A stretch of DNA of 64,000 nt from the human T2T-CHM13v2.0 reference genome, Homo sapiens (GCF_009914755.1 NC_060925.1); one strand, 5' to 3'. Counted from the stretch's first letter, positions 18,480-30,954 are shown. The notes: generated from the sequence alone by a model not told the origin. Numbers and translations: made by a program.

Positions 18480-18728
18480 TAAAGTTACCTAACATTTACC
18501 TTAGTAAGCACTTACTGTGTGCTTTAAATGTATTAACTAATTTAATTCTTGTAACAACCTATGAGGTTCTTACTGTGACAATTCTCATTTCAAAGGTGAG
18601 GAAAGCAAGGCAGATAGGTAACTTACAAAGTAAATCATGTGACTATGAGTGTTAAAGCTTGTATATGAGCTTGGAACCCAGGCAGTGGGATTCAGCCTGT
18701 GCTCTTAACTACCATGCTATACTGCCTT
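18480..18728 (-). mobile_element. MIR SINE
   Basis: acaacctatgagg, attctcatttcaaaggtgaggaaagcaaggc, gaacccaggcagt, tgctcttaactac. Confidence 0.7.
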
Positions 18729-18824
18729 ATATAATCATTAACTGTATTGCTGGGTATGTGGAATTACTATGGTATTATTTACAGCTCACACTAGTTATTC
18801 AGTTAATAATGGTTTTATTTTCAG

Positions 18825-18974
18825 ATTACCTTAGAGAAAGTATAATTCAACAACATATGGTTTCTCCAGAGCCAGCTTCCCTTAAGGAGAAAGGGAAGTC
18901 AAGGAGAAAAAAGGATCAAACTCATGCTTGTCCAAATGTTAGGAAAGCCAGGCCTGTGTCCTATGATAGAACAG
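18825..18974 (+). CDS. DNAH14: DNAH14 coding exon (exon 4)
   Basis: ttttattttcag|AT TAC CTT AGA, encodes DYLRESIIQQH...PVSYDRT, donor G|gtatgt. 150 nt, phase 1-1. Confidence 0.93.
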
Positions 18975-19614
18975 GTATGTGGTATCACTGAACCAATTGC
19001 TTAGAAATCACTATACTTTTTCAGATTATTCTGTGGTTTGTGTGCTTATATTGGACACTGACTTTAGAAAAAACAGTCTTACTGAATTTTATGTGTTTGG
19101 TTGCTTAAGGATTATTACAATGCTTTTAAAATTCTTTTTGAAAATCTAAAATATTATGTTGAAAAATTGACAGAGACTGTTTAATGACTGTTCTTAACTA
19201 AGAACAATATCTGAAGGCTATGATTTTAGAACTATAATATAAACTGTATGGTTTTTTACATACAACTGTAGTAAAACTTGATGATTTCATTTTATTTAAC
19301 AATTTTATGCCTTTGCCTGATAGAGTTTAAATCCCCAAATAAATAGTTTATTTAAATAGATTTTCTTCCACTAACATCTTCTAGTTTGTGTTTTCTCTAT
19401 AACTGAAATTCTTCTTAGTATTAATATTTTAATTTTATAAAAGAAAGGAAACTTTTCTATTTTCACTGAAACACCATGGTACAGAGGTGGATTTATCATA
19501 AAGCTATTGAAGCCTAAGCTTCAGGGCCTCTCACTCACACAGGCTTCATCCCTTCATCCTTTCTTTAAATAAATATCCTCAAAATTATAAGTACCTCATA
19601 TAGCACAAAACCTC

Positions 19615-20444
19615 CACGGACGTGGTGGTGTTCATGCCCTTGTATAATTCTCTCCCCTTGAATGTGGAAAGGACCTGTGACTGCTTCTAACTAATAGGTG
19701 ATGGGTTGTCACTGCTGTGATCATATTACATTATCCAATACTCCATTTTGCTGGTGGACTTGTTCTAGAGTCTCTCCCCTTTGCTGGCTTCGAAGAAGCA
19801 AGCTGCTATGATTCCAATCACAAAGAAATGAATTCTTCTTACAACCTGAGGGAGCTTGGAAGCAGATCTTTTCCCAATAGAGCCTCCAAATGAGAATCCA
19901 TTCCCAAGCAACACCTCGATTACAGCCTTTGAGACTTTAAGCAGAGGATCCGTTAAGCTGTATCCAGACTCCTGACCCACAGAAACTGTGAGATAGTAAA
20001 TGTATGTTGTTTGAAGCCACTAAATTTGCAGTAATTTGTTATGCATTGTATTAGTCCTTTCTCACACTGCTATGAAGAAATACCTGAGACAGGGTATTTT
20101 ATAAAGGAAAGGGGTTTAATTCACTCACAGTTCTGCATTCCTGGGGAGGCCTCAGAAAACTTACAATCATGGTGGAAGGCAAAGGAGAAGCAGGCACCTT
20201 CTTCACAGTATGGCAGGATGGAGTGAGTGCAAATAGGGGAAATGCCAGATGCTTATAAAACAATCAGATCTCATGAAACTCACTCATTATCATGAGAACA
20301 ACATGGGGGAAACCACCCCCATGATCCACTTACTCCACCTGGTCCCACACTTGACACATGGGGATTATGGGAATTACAATTCAAGGTGACATTTGGGTGA
20401 GGACACAGAGCCAAACCATATTATGCATCCAGGAAACTGACACA
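19615..20444 (+). mobile_element. MLT1 (E/F/G group) MaLR LTR, interrupted near its end by THE1
   Basis: gctggcttcgaagaagcaagc, ctcctgacccacagaaactgtgagata, gaagccactaaatttgcagtaatttgttatgca. The terminal aactgacaca resumes after THE1. Confidence 0.75.
20047..20423 (-). mobile_element. THE1 (THE1C-like) solo LTR
   Basis: tgtattagtcc...gagccaaaccatatta. 5-bp TSD tgcat at 20042-20046 and 20424-20428. Confidence 0.88.
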
Positions 20445-20803
20445 GTGGCTTTATTGCAACAAATGTTGCTGTACATTAAGAATTCTTAATATTTTGTTGC
20501 ATTGTCCTTCAGTGTTTTGAAATTGGTATCTAGTGTAAGAAAGGCCAAAAATTTAGGCTTAATGGCTGCCAGATAAATAAAATTCTAATTCTTTACTGAT
20601 TGCATTTCTTTAATTTGCTTCCCTCATTTAGCTTCTATAAATTCATGAATATGTAAACTGATAAAGACCTAAGTGGCATTTTGTTTAGATTTTAGAACAA
20701 TTATTAAATATTTCAAATATACAATATAGAGAAGATAATTTAGTATTCATGTACTTATTACCAGGATTTAACAACATTTTGTCATTTTGTTAAAAAAGAA
20801 AGT

Positions 20804-21358
20804 TGTAGACAGAATTCTAAGATGCCCTCCAGTATTCCTACCCTCTGGTGTACATGCTTTGTATAATTGCCTCCCCCTAAGTGGAAGCAGAACCTGTGAA
20901 TATGATGGACTGTCACTCCCATGCTTTTATGTTATTTTATATGGCAAAGGGATTTTCAGATGTATTTAAGGCCCTTAATCAAATCAGTTGACTTTAAATT
21001 TATCAAAGGAGACTATTAGGGGCATGCCTGACCTAATCAGATATACCCTTAAGAGACCAGAAGCAGTAGCAGAGGCCCTGTCACTGCCTTTGAGGAGCAA
21101 ACTGCCATGTTGTACAGAGGGCCACATGGCAAGAACCCTAAAGCTAGCTGAGAACTGTACCCAGCCAACTACCAAGAAAATGGGGACCTCAGTCATACAG
21201 CCATAAGGAAACGAATTCCACCTCAAACCTGAGGGGCTTGGAGGCAAGTCTTTCACTAGCCCAGCCTCTAGATAAGGGCATGGTCAGCTGACACTTTGAT
21301 TTCTGCCCTGCGAGAACCTGAGCAGAGGACCCAGCCAAAATTTGCCAGACTCCTGACC
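20804..21358 (+). mobile_element. MLT1E-like MaLR LTR, partial
   Basis: tgtagacagaattctaagatg, tatggcaaagggatttt, gggccacatggcaagaac, gcagaggacccagc. Confidence 0.7.
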
Positions 21359-21599
21359 TTGTTTCTTTTTAGTAAGCATTCTTGATTCTGTCATGAACTA
21401 ACCTAACTCTCTTTTAGAAAAATGTTTTCTTTCCAGCTTTTTGAAAGTTATGTGTTCCTTATATTTTACTATTTATTCTGAAAAAGTGTTCTTTATTTTA
21501 TTTGCTGAAATTGCCTCCATTTTCGAACAGTCTTTGTCAGATCTGTTGAATCTGCCAAATTACACTAAAAAATGGAAATGCTAATTTATGATACTTTCA

Positions 21600-22330
21600 C
21601 GATATTACACAAGGGGAATACCCTTGCCAATAGTTGATATTTTCCAATTTTAAATTTTTTGCCAGTCTGAGTGAGATATGTGTTTTCAGTTTTATTTTAG
21701 TTTGCAATTCCCTGATTACTAATGAGGTTGAATATTTTTCCATATGTTTATGGGCCATTTATCTTTTCCTGTAAATTTTTTGTTCATCTTTCTATCAAAA
21801 TGTTTATTTTTTAATCATTAAGAATTCTTGAAATATTTGGTATAGTAATATCTAGCCTGTTATGTAGGTTATAAACATCTTTTTAAAATTTGTTAATTAT
21901 ATTTTAACTTTGTGTATGGTAGCTTTTCTTGTGTATAAGTTGCTAAGTTTGAGCAAGTCAAATTTATCATTGTTTTCCTTTTAACATGCTTTGATTCTTT
22001 TTCAAGAAGCCTTCACTACCCCACATTTATAAACATATTCTCCCATATTTTCTTCTAGTATTTCTATAATTTGTTTTTCCACATTTATAGCTCTAATCCA
22101 TCTATAATTTATACTTGCATATAACTGCATATTTATTTCAAATGGCTAACCACTTTTGCATTATGATTTATTGAATAATCGCTCTGTTGATTTGAATTAT
22201 CTTTTTCACTTATTAGATTGGCTTATATACATAGTTATATTTCAAGACTCTAATTTTTTTCTACTTCTGTGCTTTTCTACGTCAATACCACACTATTTTG
22301 ATTTCTAGAAGGTATATATTTTTATATCTG
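21600..22330 (-). mobile_element. Old L1M fragment
   Basis: ttccctgattactaatgaggttgaatatttttccatatgttta, ttttcttctagta, aataccacactattttgat. Confidence 0.6.
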
Positions 22331-23150
22331 GGTCTATGATGTTACTTATCCTCTTGTCAGACATACACAGTTTGTACCATATCCTTAATACTAATTTTCA
22401 ATACCTCACCTAGGGCACAAAATGTAAAGAGGGACTCACTCTTAGAGTCATGCAAGTGCCTCATCCTAGTTATAATAGTGTCTTATACAAGAGCTCAAGT
22501 CTCATTTCATCCTTAGCAAAGAAGTTGTTTTAGTCCAATGCTGTTTGTAAGTTCTAGAGGGCCAGAAATATAACTTCTTAGCATGGCTTTTTGTATGCTT
22601 CTCTTTCCATGATTTGTTCTATCAAGAAAGGAAGTTTAAGGGCCAGGAGGACAACCTGTATTGCATGGTAAATAAAAGCCAAGAAAAGAGACTCTTTCAA
22701 GAAGGAGAAGATTGTCAATTGTCAGCTAAGAGATTAAGTGAGAGATGTTCTGAAAGGTGTCTGTGGGATGAGCATCCTTAGGAAAAATGTCTCCATCCCA
22801 CACTGTCATCCCTACTTTTCTGATCCAACTGTCCCTACCCCAGCTTAGGCATTTATTAAGAAAAGCCGTATAACCAGTTCCTATTCCTAGTCTCTTCTCT
22901 TGTTACTACCTGTGTAATTATGAATTAGGTCTTTTGTGACATCTTTCTTAAATTCATAAATATTATTCCCTCTTTCTAACTTCTGTTAAAACTGAGTTTT
23001 GAGCTATTTTTTCTCCTCTAATAATCGTTATGTATACTTTGTTACCATTTAAATTTTTCTCTATATAGAAATATTTGTAATATTATGCATTATCCTTAAG
23101 TGATGCCCACATTTGCACTTATACTGGATTTTTAAATTGTTCTATACCAG

Positions 23151-23281
23151 AACCAAAAGATGATGATGTGATAAGAAATATTATTAGGCTACGAGAAAAG
23201 CTTGGTTGGCAAACTATATTACCGCAGCACAGTTTGAAATACGGAAGCTCCAAAATTGCAATTCAGAAGATTACTTTAAAG
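23151..23281 (+). CDS. DNAH14: DNAH14 coding exon (exon 5)
   Basis: tctataccag|AA CCA AAA GAT, encodes EPKDDDVIRNIIRLREKLGWQ...QKITLK, donor gtattg. 131 nt, phase 1 to 0. Confidence 0.92.
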
Positions 23282-23893
23282 GTATTGTTCTATTTTATTT
23301 AATTTTGATCTTTAAAAATCAATATTGAAATTATATTTTAATTTTTATTTCATTTCAGATATTATGTCAAAGTCAAACATTACATTAATATCAAGTTACA
23401 ATTATTTCATGGTAAATGCAAAAGTATTTGACATCATTTCATTTTACTTATTTAAGAAATGGAGAATAGATAAAGCATATAAACTTTAAGTCTATAACAC
23501 ATCAAAATGTTTATGTCTGTCACCTCTCATCACTTTCTCTGAGTGAGTCCCCAGGAAAGGGGTATCATCTGCCTGAAACTTGAATCTACTGTTTGGTTTC
23601 TGGATATCACTTTTTCTGTGATTTAAGAAGAAATTGTTAGGTAATGTAACATTCTGTTCTTCTCACACTCTAACTCCCTGGTACCTGATTTTCTATCTCG
23701 TCTGGTCTGTATTTCCTTATGCTATTCATTTTTTTCTTACCCATTAGCCTCTTTCTTCAGAGAAATTTTAGCTTGTCCAAGGTCACATGACCAGAGGGTG
23801 AAAGCTATGGTAAGAACTAAGGTGTGTGTCCTGAGACCTCATTTATTACAGGTGCTCTAAGATTGAACAGGATCATCTCTCCCTACTGTTAGA

Positions 23894-24077
23894 TAGGGAA
23901 TTCTCAAAATGTGGTCCCCAGGCAAGCAACACTGGAATCACCTTAGAACTTACTAGACATACACATTCTCATCTGCACCCTAGACCCACTGAATCAGAAA
24001 CCTTGAGAGGCAGAGCCTTGCAATCTGTATTTTATTCAGCTCTCCACATGATTCTAATGCACAATTAAGAACCACTG
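23894..24077. mobile_element. MER5A hAT MITE
   Basis: ttctcaaaatgtggtcccc, ccctagacccactgaatcagaaac, tgattctaatgcac, aagaaccactg. Confidence 0.75.
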
Positions 24078-24085
24078 CTTCCAAC

Positions 24086-24256
24086 CAAGGATCAGTAGAT
24101 TTTTTTCTGAAGAGGACCAGGTAATAAATATTTTAGATTTTGAAACTACTCAACTCTGTCACTGTAGTACCAAAGCATTGATAGATAATACATATATAAA
24201 TGGATGTGACCGTGTTCCAATAAAACTTTATTTACAAAAACAGGCACCTGGCCCTG
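24086..24256. mobile_element. MER58A fragment
   Basis: aaactactcaactctgtcactgtag, gtgttccaataaaactttatttacaaaaacagg. Confidence 0.72.
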
Positions 24257-25359
24257 CTCTACACTGTTACCATGAAGATAAATCATCTTTTAATCATTTT
24301 TCAGAGGCAACAATATGAAGGAAAGTACATGTATAATCAAATCAGATTCACCTGGTTTTGAACCTATACACTCACCATATTATCAAGTTCCTAACCTCTT
24401 GAGCTTTCATGTTTTGACCTTGAAATGGAGATAATAATAGTTACTGTGGAGGACTGTGAAAATTAAATATATGCCATGGTGCCTGGCAGGTAGTGGGCAC
24501 AGTAGTTTAAAAACAAAACAAAACCATAGCTGTACATGGGTTCCTTGGACTCCCAAATAAAGTGAATTTCATTTGTGTGTGAAGAAAGGATTGAGAATAT
24601 GATTAAACACTTGTTTTTAATTGAAAAAATAATTTAATTGGAACATATTCTTATGCTTTTATAATTTGATTTTTAATTATATATATGATCTATTTGGAAG
24701 ATTTGTATCTACCTTGTTTCTTAGTAATGTTTTGAAACCTAATTTAGAATATAGATAACTCAAATGGCCAAATAACTATTAAAAAGGTCATACATTATAC
24801 AAGTCATCATTTAGAGCTCATTTATTTCCTGTTATTTGCAGTTTTTAAACTTGTTTTTGAGGATTTAATATTGATTATATTAGAAGCTGAAATAAGAAAG
24901 TGAAACAGCTAAAATAATTGAGAAGAAACAAGTAATCTTCAAGGAAGACAGAATTTTAAAAAGTGTAAAACTGGATCCAAAATTTAAAACTACAGTGATT
25001 GGAAACCATTTAGTTACACAATAGCTTCTGAGGACATCACTAAATACTAAATGCTTTTTTATGGTAAAATTTAATTATCCAGAAAAGACTAAAGTTTTCT
25101 TATGATTTTAGAATTTTTTATCAATAAAAGTTAAAAGTTTCAAGAAACTTTTATTTTAAAGCTAAAAGAAATAAATTTTCCTTAAAATTTTCCTTAATGT
25201 GGAATGGCTGATTTTTCAATGCCAAGTGTGGGAGAGGCATTATAGTTTATTGCAATAGCTCAGAATATGGGTTTACAGTCAGACTTGGATTCACATCCCT
25301 ACGTCACCATTTCCTGAATTTGTGACTTTTCTCAAATTATCTAACTTATCAAAATATTC

Positions 25360-25520
25360 ATTTTTTAAAATTTGAAAAACAGGGTCTTTCTCTGTCACCC
25401 AGGCTGAAGCCACAATGGTGTGAGTAAAGCTCCCTGCAGCCTCAAACTCTTGGGCTCAAGTGACCTCACCTCAGCTTCCTGAGTAGTTGAGATTACAGAT
25501 GTGAACCACCTCACTCAGCT
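25360..25520 (-). mobile_element. Alu monomer (FRAM/FAM-like) within a MIR
   Basis: Single old Alu arm: agggtctttctctgtcacccaggctg...gattacagatgtgaaccacc. Confidence 0.7.
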
Positions 25521-26102
25521 CCATCAGAGTATTAATTTCTGCAATTGTTTAATGAAGTTGAAAATATTAAGCCTTAGTTTCTTTAAATATGAGAGATGAA
25601 AGTTAATAAACTCTTATGGTTGTAAAGATAATGTATATGAAAGAGTTATTACTCATTAAATATTTATTACTTAACAAATAATAGCTGTTTTTATCTTATA
25701 CCAAACCACCATCATTATCAAAATAAATGACAAATTTAATATGCCCAAAAGATTTCTGGTGTTGGCAGACAAATACTAGAAGATGGCATATATGTAAAAG
25801 GTATGTCATCAAGTTCTTTGGATTAGTAAGCATGTATTATTAAGTATATAGATAATTTTTTCTGAATTAAAGATCCTTTTTTAAGGATGAAAATTAAATA
25901 TATTAAATCTTTCATAAGATTGATCTTGTTGAACATTGTTTAGACATAATTTGATGTTAGCTTTCTCCAAATATAGTATTCTTATTTTTAATCTGTATTA
26001 AAATTGTTTCAATTTAGTGGGTAATCTGTTCACCCATTGTATTAATTTAGTTAATTTAGTCAAATTAATTAAATTTGTTTATTATTTTTTTTTTAATCTC
26101 AG

Positions 26103-26255
26103 AAACCTTTGGAAGATGATGGAGAATTTGTTTATTGCCTTCCTCGGAAAAGTCCTAAATCCCTTTACAATCCATATGATCTTCAGGTAGTATCGGCTCA
26201 TACTGCTAAACATTGCAAAGAATTTTGGGTTATTACTGCTTCATTTATCTCAAAG
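26103..26255 (+). CDS. DNAH14: DNAH14 coding exon (exon 6)
   Basis: ttttaatctcag|AAA CCT TTG, encodes KPLEDDGEFVYCLPRK...NPYDLQVV...ASFISK, donor gtaatg. 153 nt, phase 0-0. Confidence 0.93.
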
Positions 26256-27430
26256 GTAATGTTTAATGGATGTTTTAAGCTTTCAGAATTATATTACAAA
26301 AATATTATCCAAGGTAGAATTTAATTGCATACATTTATCTTTGTGTTTCAGAGATACTTGGTCATTTGTGGAGCAGTTTATATATAAGAATCTCCTTGGG
26401 AGCATGTTATTTAATAGTGAAGTTTTTCCTTTTGTGTAGAGATTTAGGTTTGAAGATTCAACTTTAATAAATTTTTTCATCTATCAAATACTTTGTTAAT
26501 ACTTGGGGTAAATTTTTACAGGAAGAACTACAAAACAAGCATTTGCTAGCTTAATGGGAACTATAATAATAAAGAAAAGAATATTCTTTATTGGCACATT
26601 TGTCAGAAACTTTATTGCCAGATGTAGAAATCCCCCTTTTACACTCTTATATAGCATTTTGATATTTATCACAAGTTGAAAATATACAATTACTTGTTTT
26701 AATGATTTGTTTAATGTCTGTCTGCCTTTTTCTGCCTTCCCAGCCTCCCATAAAATGAACTTTATTAGTGGGCAAGACCACATCTTTGCATGAGGTAGAT
26801 CTGTATGTGCAAATAAAGAAATATCTCTAATATGCAGTATCAAGTGAGAATGGAGGAAAAACTTCTATAGATATATGAATATACACGTAGATACATATGT
26901 GCTGATAAAAATATGTATACTTTTCTCTCTGGAATAAATTTTTTTATGTGGTGACATTCAGATAGGGGAGGGGCACTCATGGGAAGAGAGAGAACTCCTT
27001 GATGAAGGGCATGTAGTTTTTGAATGTCAATATAGGGTATGTGGGTGGTGAGATTATAAGATTATACACACATTTCTGTAGCTAAAATTAAGTTCATAAA
27101 TACTACTTTTATAGAAAATGTAAAAATTATGAGACTCAAATCTGAACAGCTATTTGTGAAAAGTATCTCAGGGTGAGGAGGAAGTTTCTCTTCTCTCTGT
27201 TGGAGCACAAGAAATAGCATTAGAAAACGACAAGTACAGAAGCAGTGTGTTGAGGGAAATCAAATTTGGGTATAGATAAAGTGGCTGAGGATTCATACAT
27301 AGAAAAAGCTTAATTATAAAGGCAAGAAGTTACAAGAAGTTATCAGCCAAATACAGGCTTTCTTAATTTCTTGAAAATGGTACATATTTTTTAAAGAAAT
27401 AAAATAATGCTTTTGTGCTTTATTTTGTAG

Positions 27431-27546
27431 GTTATTAATATAGTTGGTAGTGTAAAGGAAGTAGAACTCATACCTACTTTGGAATGGCTATCAGAAAGAA
27501 GACATTACTATTTATTACGGCAATTCAAGATATTTTCTGATTTCCG
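27431..27546 (+). CDS. DNAH14: DNAH14 coding exon (exon 7)
   Basis: tattttgtag|GTT ATT AAT, encodes VINIVGSVKEVELIPTLEWLSERRHYYLLRQFKIFSDF+CG, donor gtgagg. 116 nt, phase 0 to 2. Confidence 0.92.
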
Positions 27547-27736
27547 GTGAGGTGAAAAAAATGAAACCAATTCTTTGTAGTTTGATCCTATTGAAGGAGC
27601 AGTTGCCTGAGTGACATCTGGGTTCTACTACAGTAATACCAGTAGAAAATAGTACTAATTCTTTTATCTAAAAATTTTTTACGGAACACCCCATTTCCTC
27701 TGTAACTTATGAAGAAATGCCAATAATTTTGGCATT

Positions 27737-27782
27737 TAAGAAGCATTTTTCCTTTCAGAATTAATAAAGCATTTGTTACCTG
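27737..27782 (+). repeat. 46-nt copy of the exon 8 acceptor region (32741-32786)
   Basis: taagaagcatttttcctttcagaattaataaagcatttgttacctg versus taagaagcatttttcctttcagaatgaataaagcatttgttacctg; 45/46 identical. Confidence 0.95.
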
Positions 27783-27947
27783 TAACTTATGAGGAAATGC
27801 CATAAGTTACAGAAGAATGAGATGTTCCATAAAATTTCTTTAGATAAAGGAAGTTTACTCTTTTCAGTATTAAAACTCTTAATTTTAGTCTCTTTGGATA
27901 AATATTGTAAAAATATTTTATGGTCAAGCAAACTTAAATACACCCTA

Positions 27948-29487
27948 CAGTTGACTCTGGAACAACGCAAGGGTTAGGGGCTCTGACCCCCTACACAGTT
28001 GAAAATTTGAGTATAACTTTTGACTCTACCCAAACTTTGCTATTAATACTAATAGTCTATTGTTGACAAGAAGCTTTATCAGTAACATAAACAATCAATT
28101 AACATGTTTTGTCTGGTAGATATATACTGTATTCTTACAATAAAGTAAGTTAGAGGAAAGAAAAAGGAAAATCATAAGGGAGAGAAAATAAATTTACTAC
28201 TCATTAAATGGAAGTAGATCATAATAAAATTCCTTCATCCTCATCATTTTCACATTGAGTAGGCTGAGGAGGTGGAGGAAAAGTAGAGGTTGGTTTTTGT
28301 TGCAGGAAGTCAGGGACCCCGAACGGAGGGACCGGCCGAAGCCATGGCAGAAGAACGTGGATTGTGAAGATTTCATGAACATTTATTAGTTCCCCAAATT
28401 AATACTTTTATAATTTCTTACACCTGTCTTTACTGCAGTCTCCGAACATAAATTGTGAAGATTTCATGGATACTTATCACAATAAATACCCTTGTGATTT
28501 CCTATGCCTGTCTTTACTTTAATCTCTTAATCCCGTCATCTTCGTAAGCTGAGGAGGATGTATGTCACCTCAGGACCCTGTGTTGATTGCGTTAACTGCA
28601 CAGATTGTGTGTAGAGCATGTGTGTTTGAACAATATGAAATCTGGGCACCTTGAAAGAAGAACAGGATAACAGCAATGTTCAGGGAACAAGAGAGATAAC
28701 CTTAAATTCTGACCACTGATGAGCTGGAACAGAGCCATATTTCTCTTTCAAAAGCAAATGGGAGAAATATCTCTGAATTCTTTTTCTCAGCAAGGAACAT
28801 CCCTGAGAAAGAGAATGCGTCCCTGAGGGTAGGCCTCTGAAATGGCCGCTTCGGGGGGCGGCTGTATTTTATGGTCAAAGCTGTAGGGATGAAATAAGCC
28901 CCAGTCCCGTAACGCTCCCAGGCTTATTAGGACGAGGAAATTCCCGCCTAATAAATTTTGGTGAGACCGGTTGTCTGCTCTCAAACCCTGTCTTCTGATA
29001 AGATGTTATCAGTGACAATGCGTGCCCGAAACTTCATTGGCAATTTTAATTTCGCCCCGGTCCTGTGGTCCTGTGATGTTGCCCTGCCTCCATTTGCCTT
29101 GTGATATCTTATTACCTTGTGAAGCATGTGATCTCTGTGACCCACACCCTATTCGTACACTCCCTCCCCTTTTGAAAATCACTAATAAAAACTTGCTGGT
29201 TTTACCGCTCGGGGGCATGATGGAACCTGCCGACATGTGATGTCTGCCCCGGACACCCAGCTTTAAAATTTCTCTCTTTTGTATGCTGTCCCTTTATTTC
29301 TCAGACTGGCCGACACTTAGGGAATATAGAAAAGAACCTACGTGAAATATTGGGGGTGAATTTTGCCCGATACCTGGCTGAATTTCCCCTGATAGGTTTT
29401 GCTGTCTCAGGGGTGGCAGATGTGGAAGAAAATGTACATATAAATGGACTTGTGCCGTTCAAACCCATGTTGTTCAAGAGTCAACTA
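27948..29487 (-). mobile_element. Tigger2a MITE split by the MER11 LTR
   Basis: TIRs cagttgactctggaacaac / gttgttcaagagtcaacta, with TA at 27946-27947. The sequence is continuous across the LTR TSD. Confidence 0.85.
28298..29394 (+). mobile_element. MER11 (MER11B-like) solo LTR of HERV-K11/HML-8
   Basis: Starts tgttgcaggaagtcagggaccccgaacggaggg and ends aatttcccctgata; 1097 bp. 6-bp TSD ggtttt (28292-28297, 29395-29400). AATAAA at 29184-29189. Confidence 0.88.
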
Positions 29488-30954
29488 TGTTGACTTGGGT
29501 TTGCCTTTTTTTCTGTGCATATATTTATTTATATGAATATTTATTGAGAGTCTGTTAAGAACCAGGCATTATTCTAGATGCCAGGGATATTGTATTGAAC
29601 AAACCAAACAATTATCCTGCACTCAAATATTTATATCATAGTAGGTGAGAGATAATAGAAAACATGCAAATAGGTAAAATATTGAGTGGAGACTAAATGT
29701 AGTTGAAGGAAAATAAAACAGAGTAAGGGAGCTGGGGCAGCTTGTTGATTCAAGTTCATGATTAAAAATTTATCTAGTTTTAAGGTACATTATGTTACAT
29801 TACATTATATCACATCACATTAGGATTCTCAAGACTCTGATTCTTCACAAAGTAGTTCCAGATTGTTGTTCTTTTAGTGTGTATCTAGTTCTATAATTTT
29901 CTTGTTTCTTCTCTAATGTCTGCATTTTCTTGTGATATGTTTTTGTCCATTGGGGACTAGGAAAACAGAAAAATAATATTTTAAATTGTTTATTTAATAT
30001 GTAAATAGCTTAAATAACTAAGGACCTGAGAAACTTTTTTTTTGTAAGAGAAGAAGGATTTTGTGACAGAGAAATTAATTATTGAATAAATGTTATCATG
30101 TCCCTATTTTGTTTCACTGGTGTAAGAACTGGAGATAGAACTGTGAAAAAATATACAGGTTTCTGTTCCTATAGAACTTAGATTCTAATGGAGGGAGATA
30201 GATAATAATAGGTAAATAAATAATTTCAGATAGTGATGAGGCCTAGAAATATAATAAAACAGAGAACTAGAGACGTCTGTGTGCATTGCTTCTTTAGATA
30301 GGTTGGTCAGAGATGTGGCAGTGAAGCAGAGACCTAAATGATGAAAAAGAGACAGCCATGTGGGGCTTCCAGAAGGAGAATATAGCAAGTTTCAAAGTTG
30401 TGAAGCAGGAACAAGTTTAGTATGGATTTGATGGTAGAAGTGGTGTTCCTGGAATGAAGTTGGTAGGAAATGAAGCTGGTTCTGTTATTTTCTGGGACCT
30501 GTCACATGTAGTGTAGATGACTGAGTAACAGTTCTGAGAAGTTTCTCGTCAAAGATAGGTGATAGTTGCATCCCTGTAATTTAGGAACTAGAATTGGGGC
30601 TAGATAGGTTTTTGATTCTGGATTATCAATTTAAGATATTATCCAAAGTACTATTTTCTGTATCTTTTTATTTGAAACTCTGTCAGTGTCAGACTTTCCA
30701 CTGTTGTCCTTGCCTTCTGATAAATCCTCAGGGTCTGCTCTGCTGTAAATAATTATCATTTATTAAACTTTTTAAGTTCAACTGCAGATGGGACAAGAAT
30801 CATCTTTTTACATGACATTTGGCATCAATGTCTATAGTCAAAATGATTCATTTTCTTTATTCAAGTTAAAAATACAAATTAAATTTTATATTTACTTAAT
30901 TTGTACTTAATTTTATATTTACTGAAGTTGTACAATTAATATAGACTTACTTAA

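Noticed and set aside
18659-18991. 110-aa ORF as a standalone gene (likewise 13611-13829, 26109-26324, 61415-61624)
   Set aside because: These are DNAH14 exons with intronic read-through on either side. Splice sites define the true boundaries.
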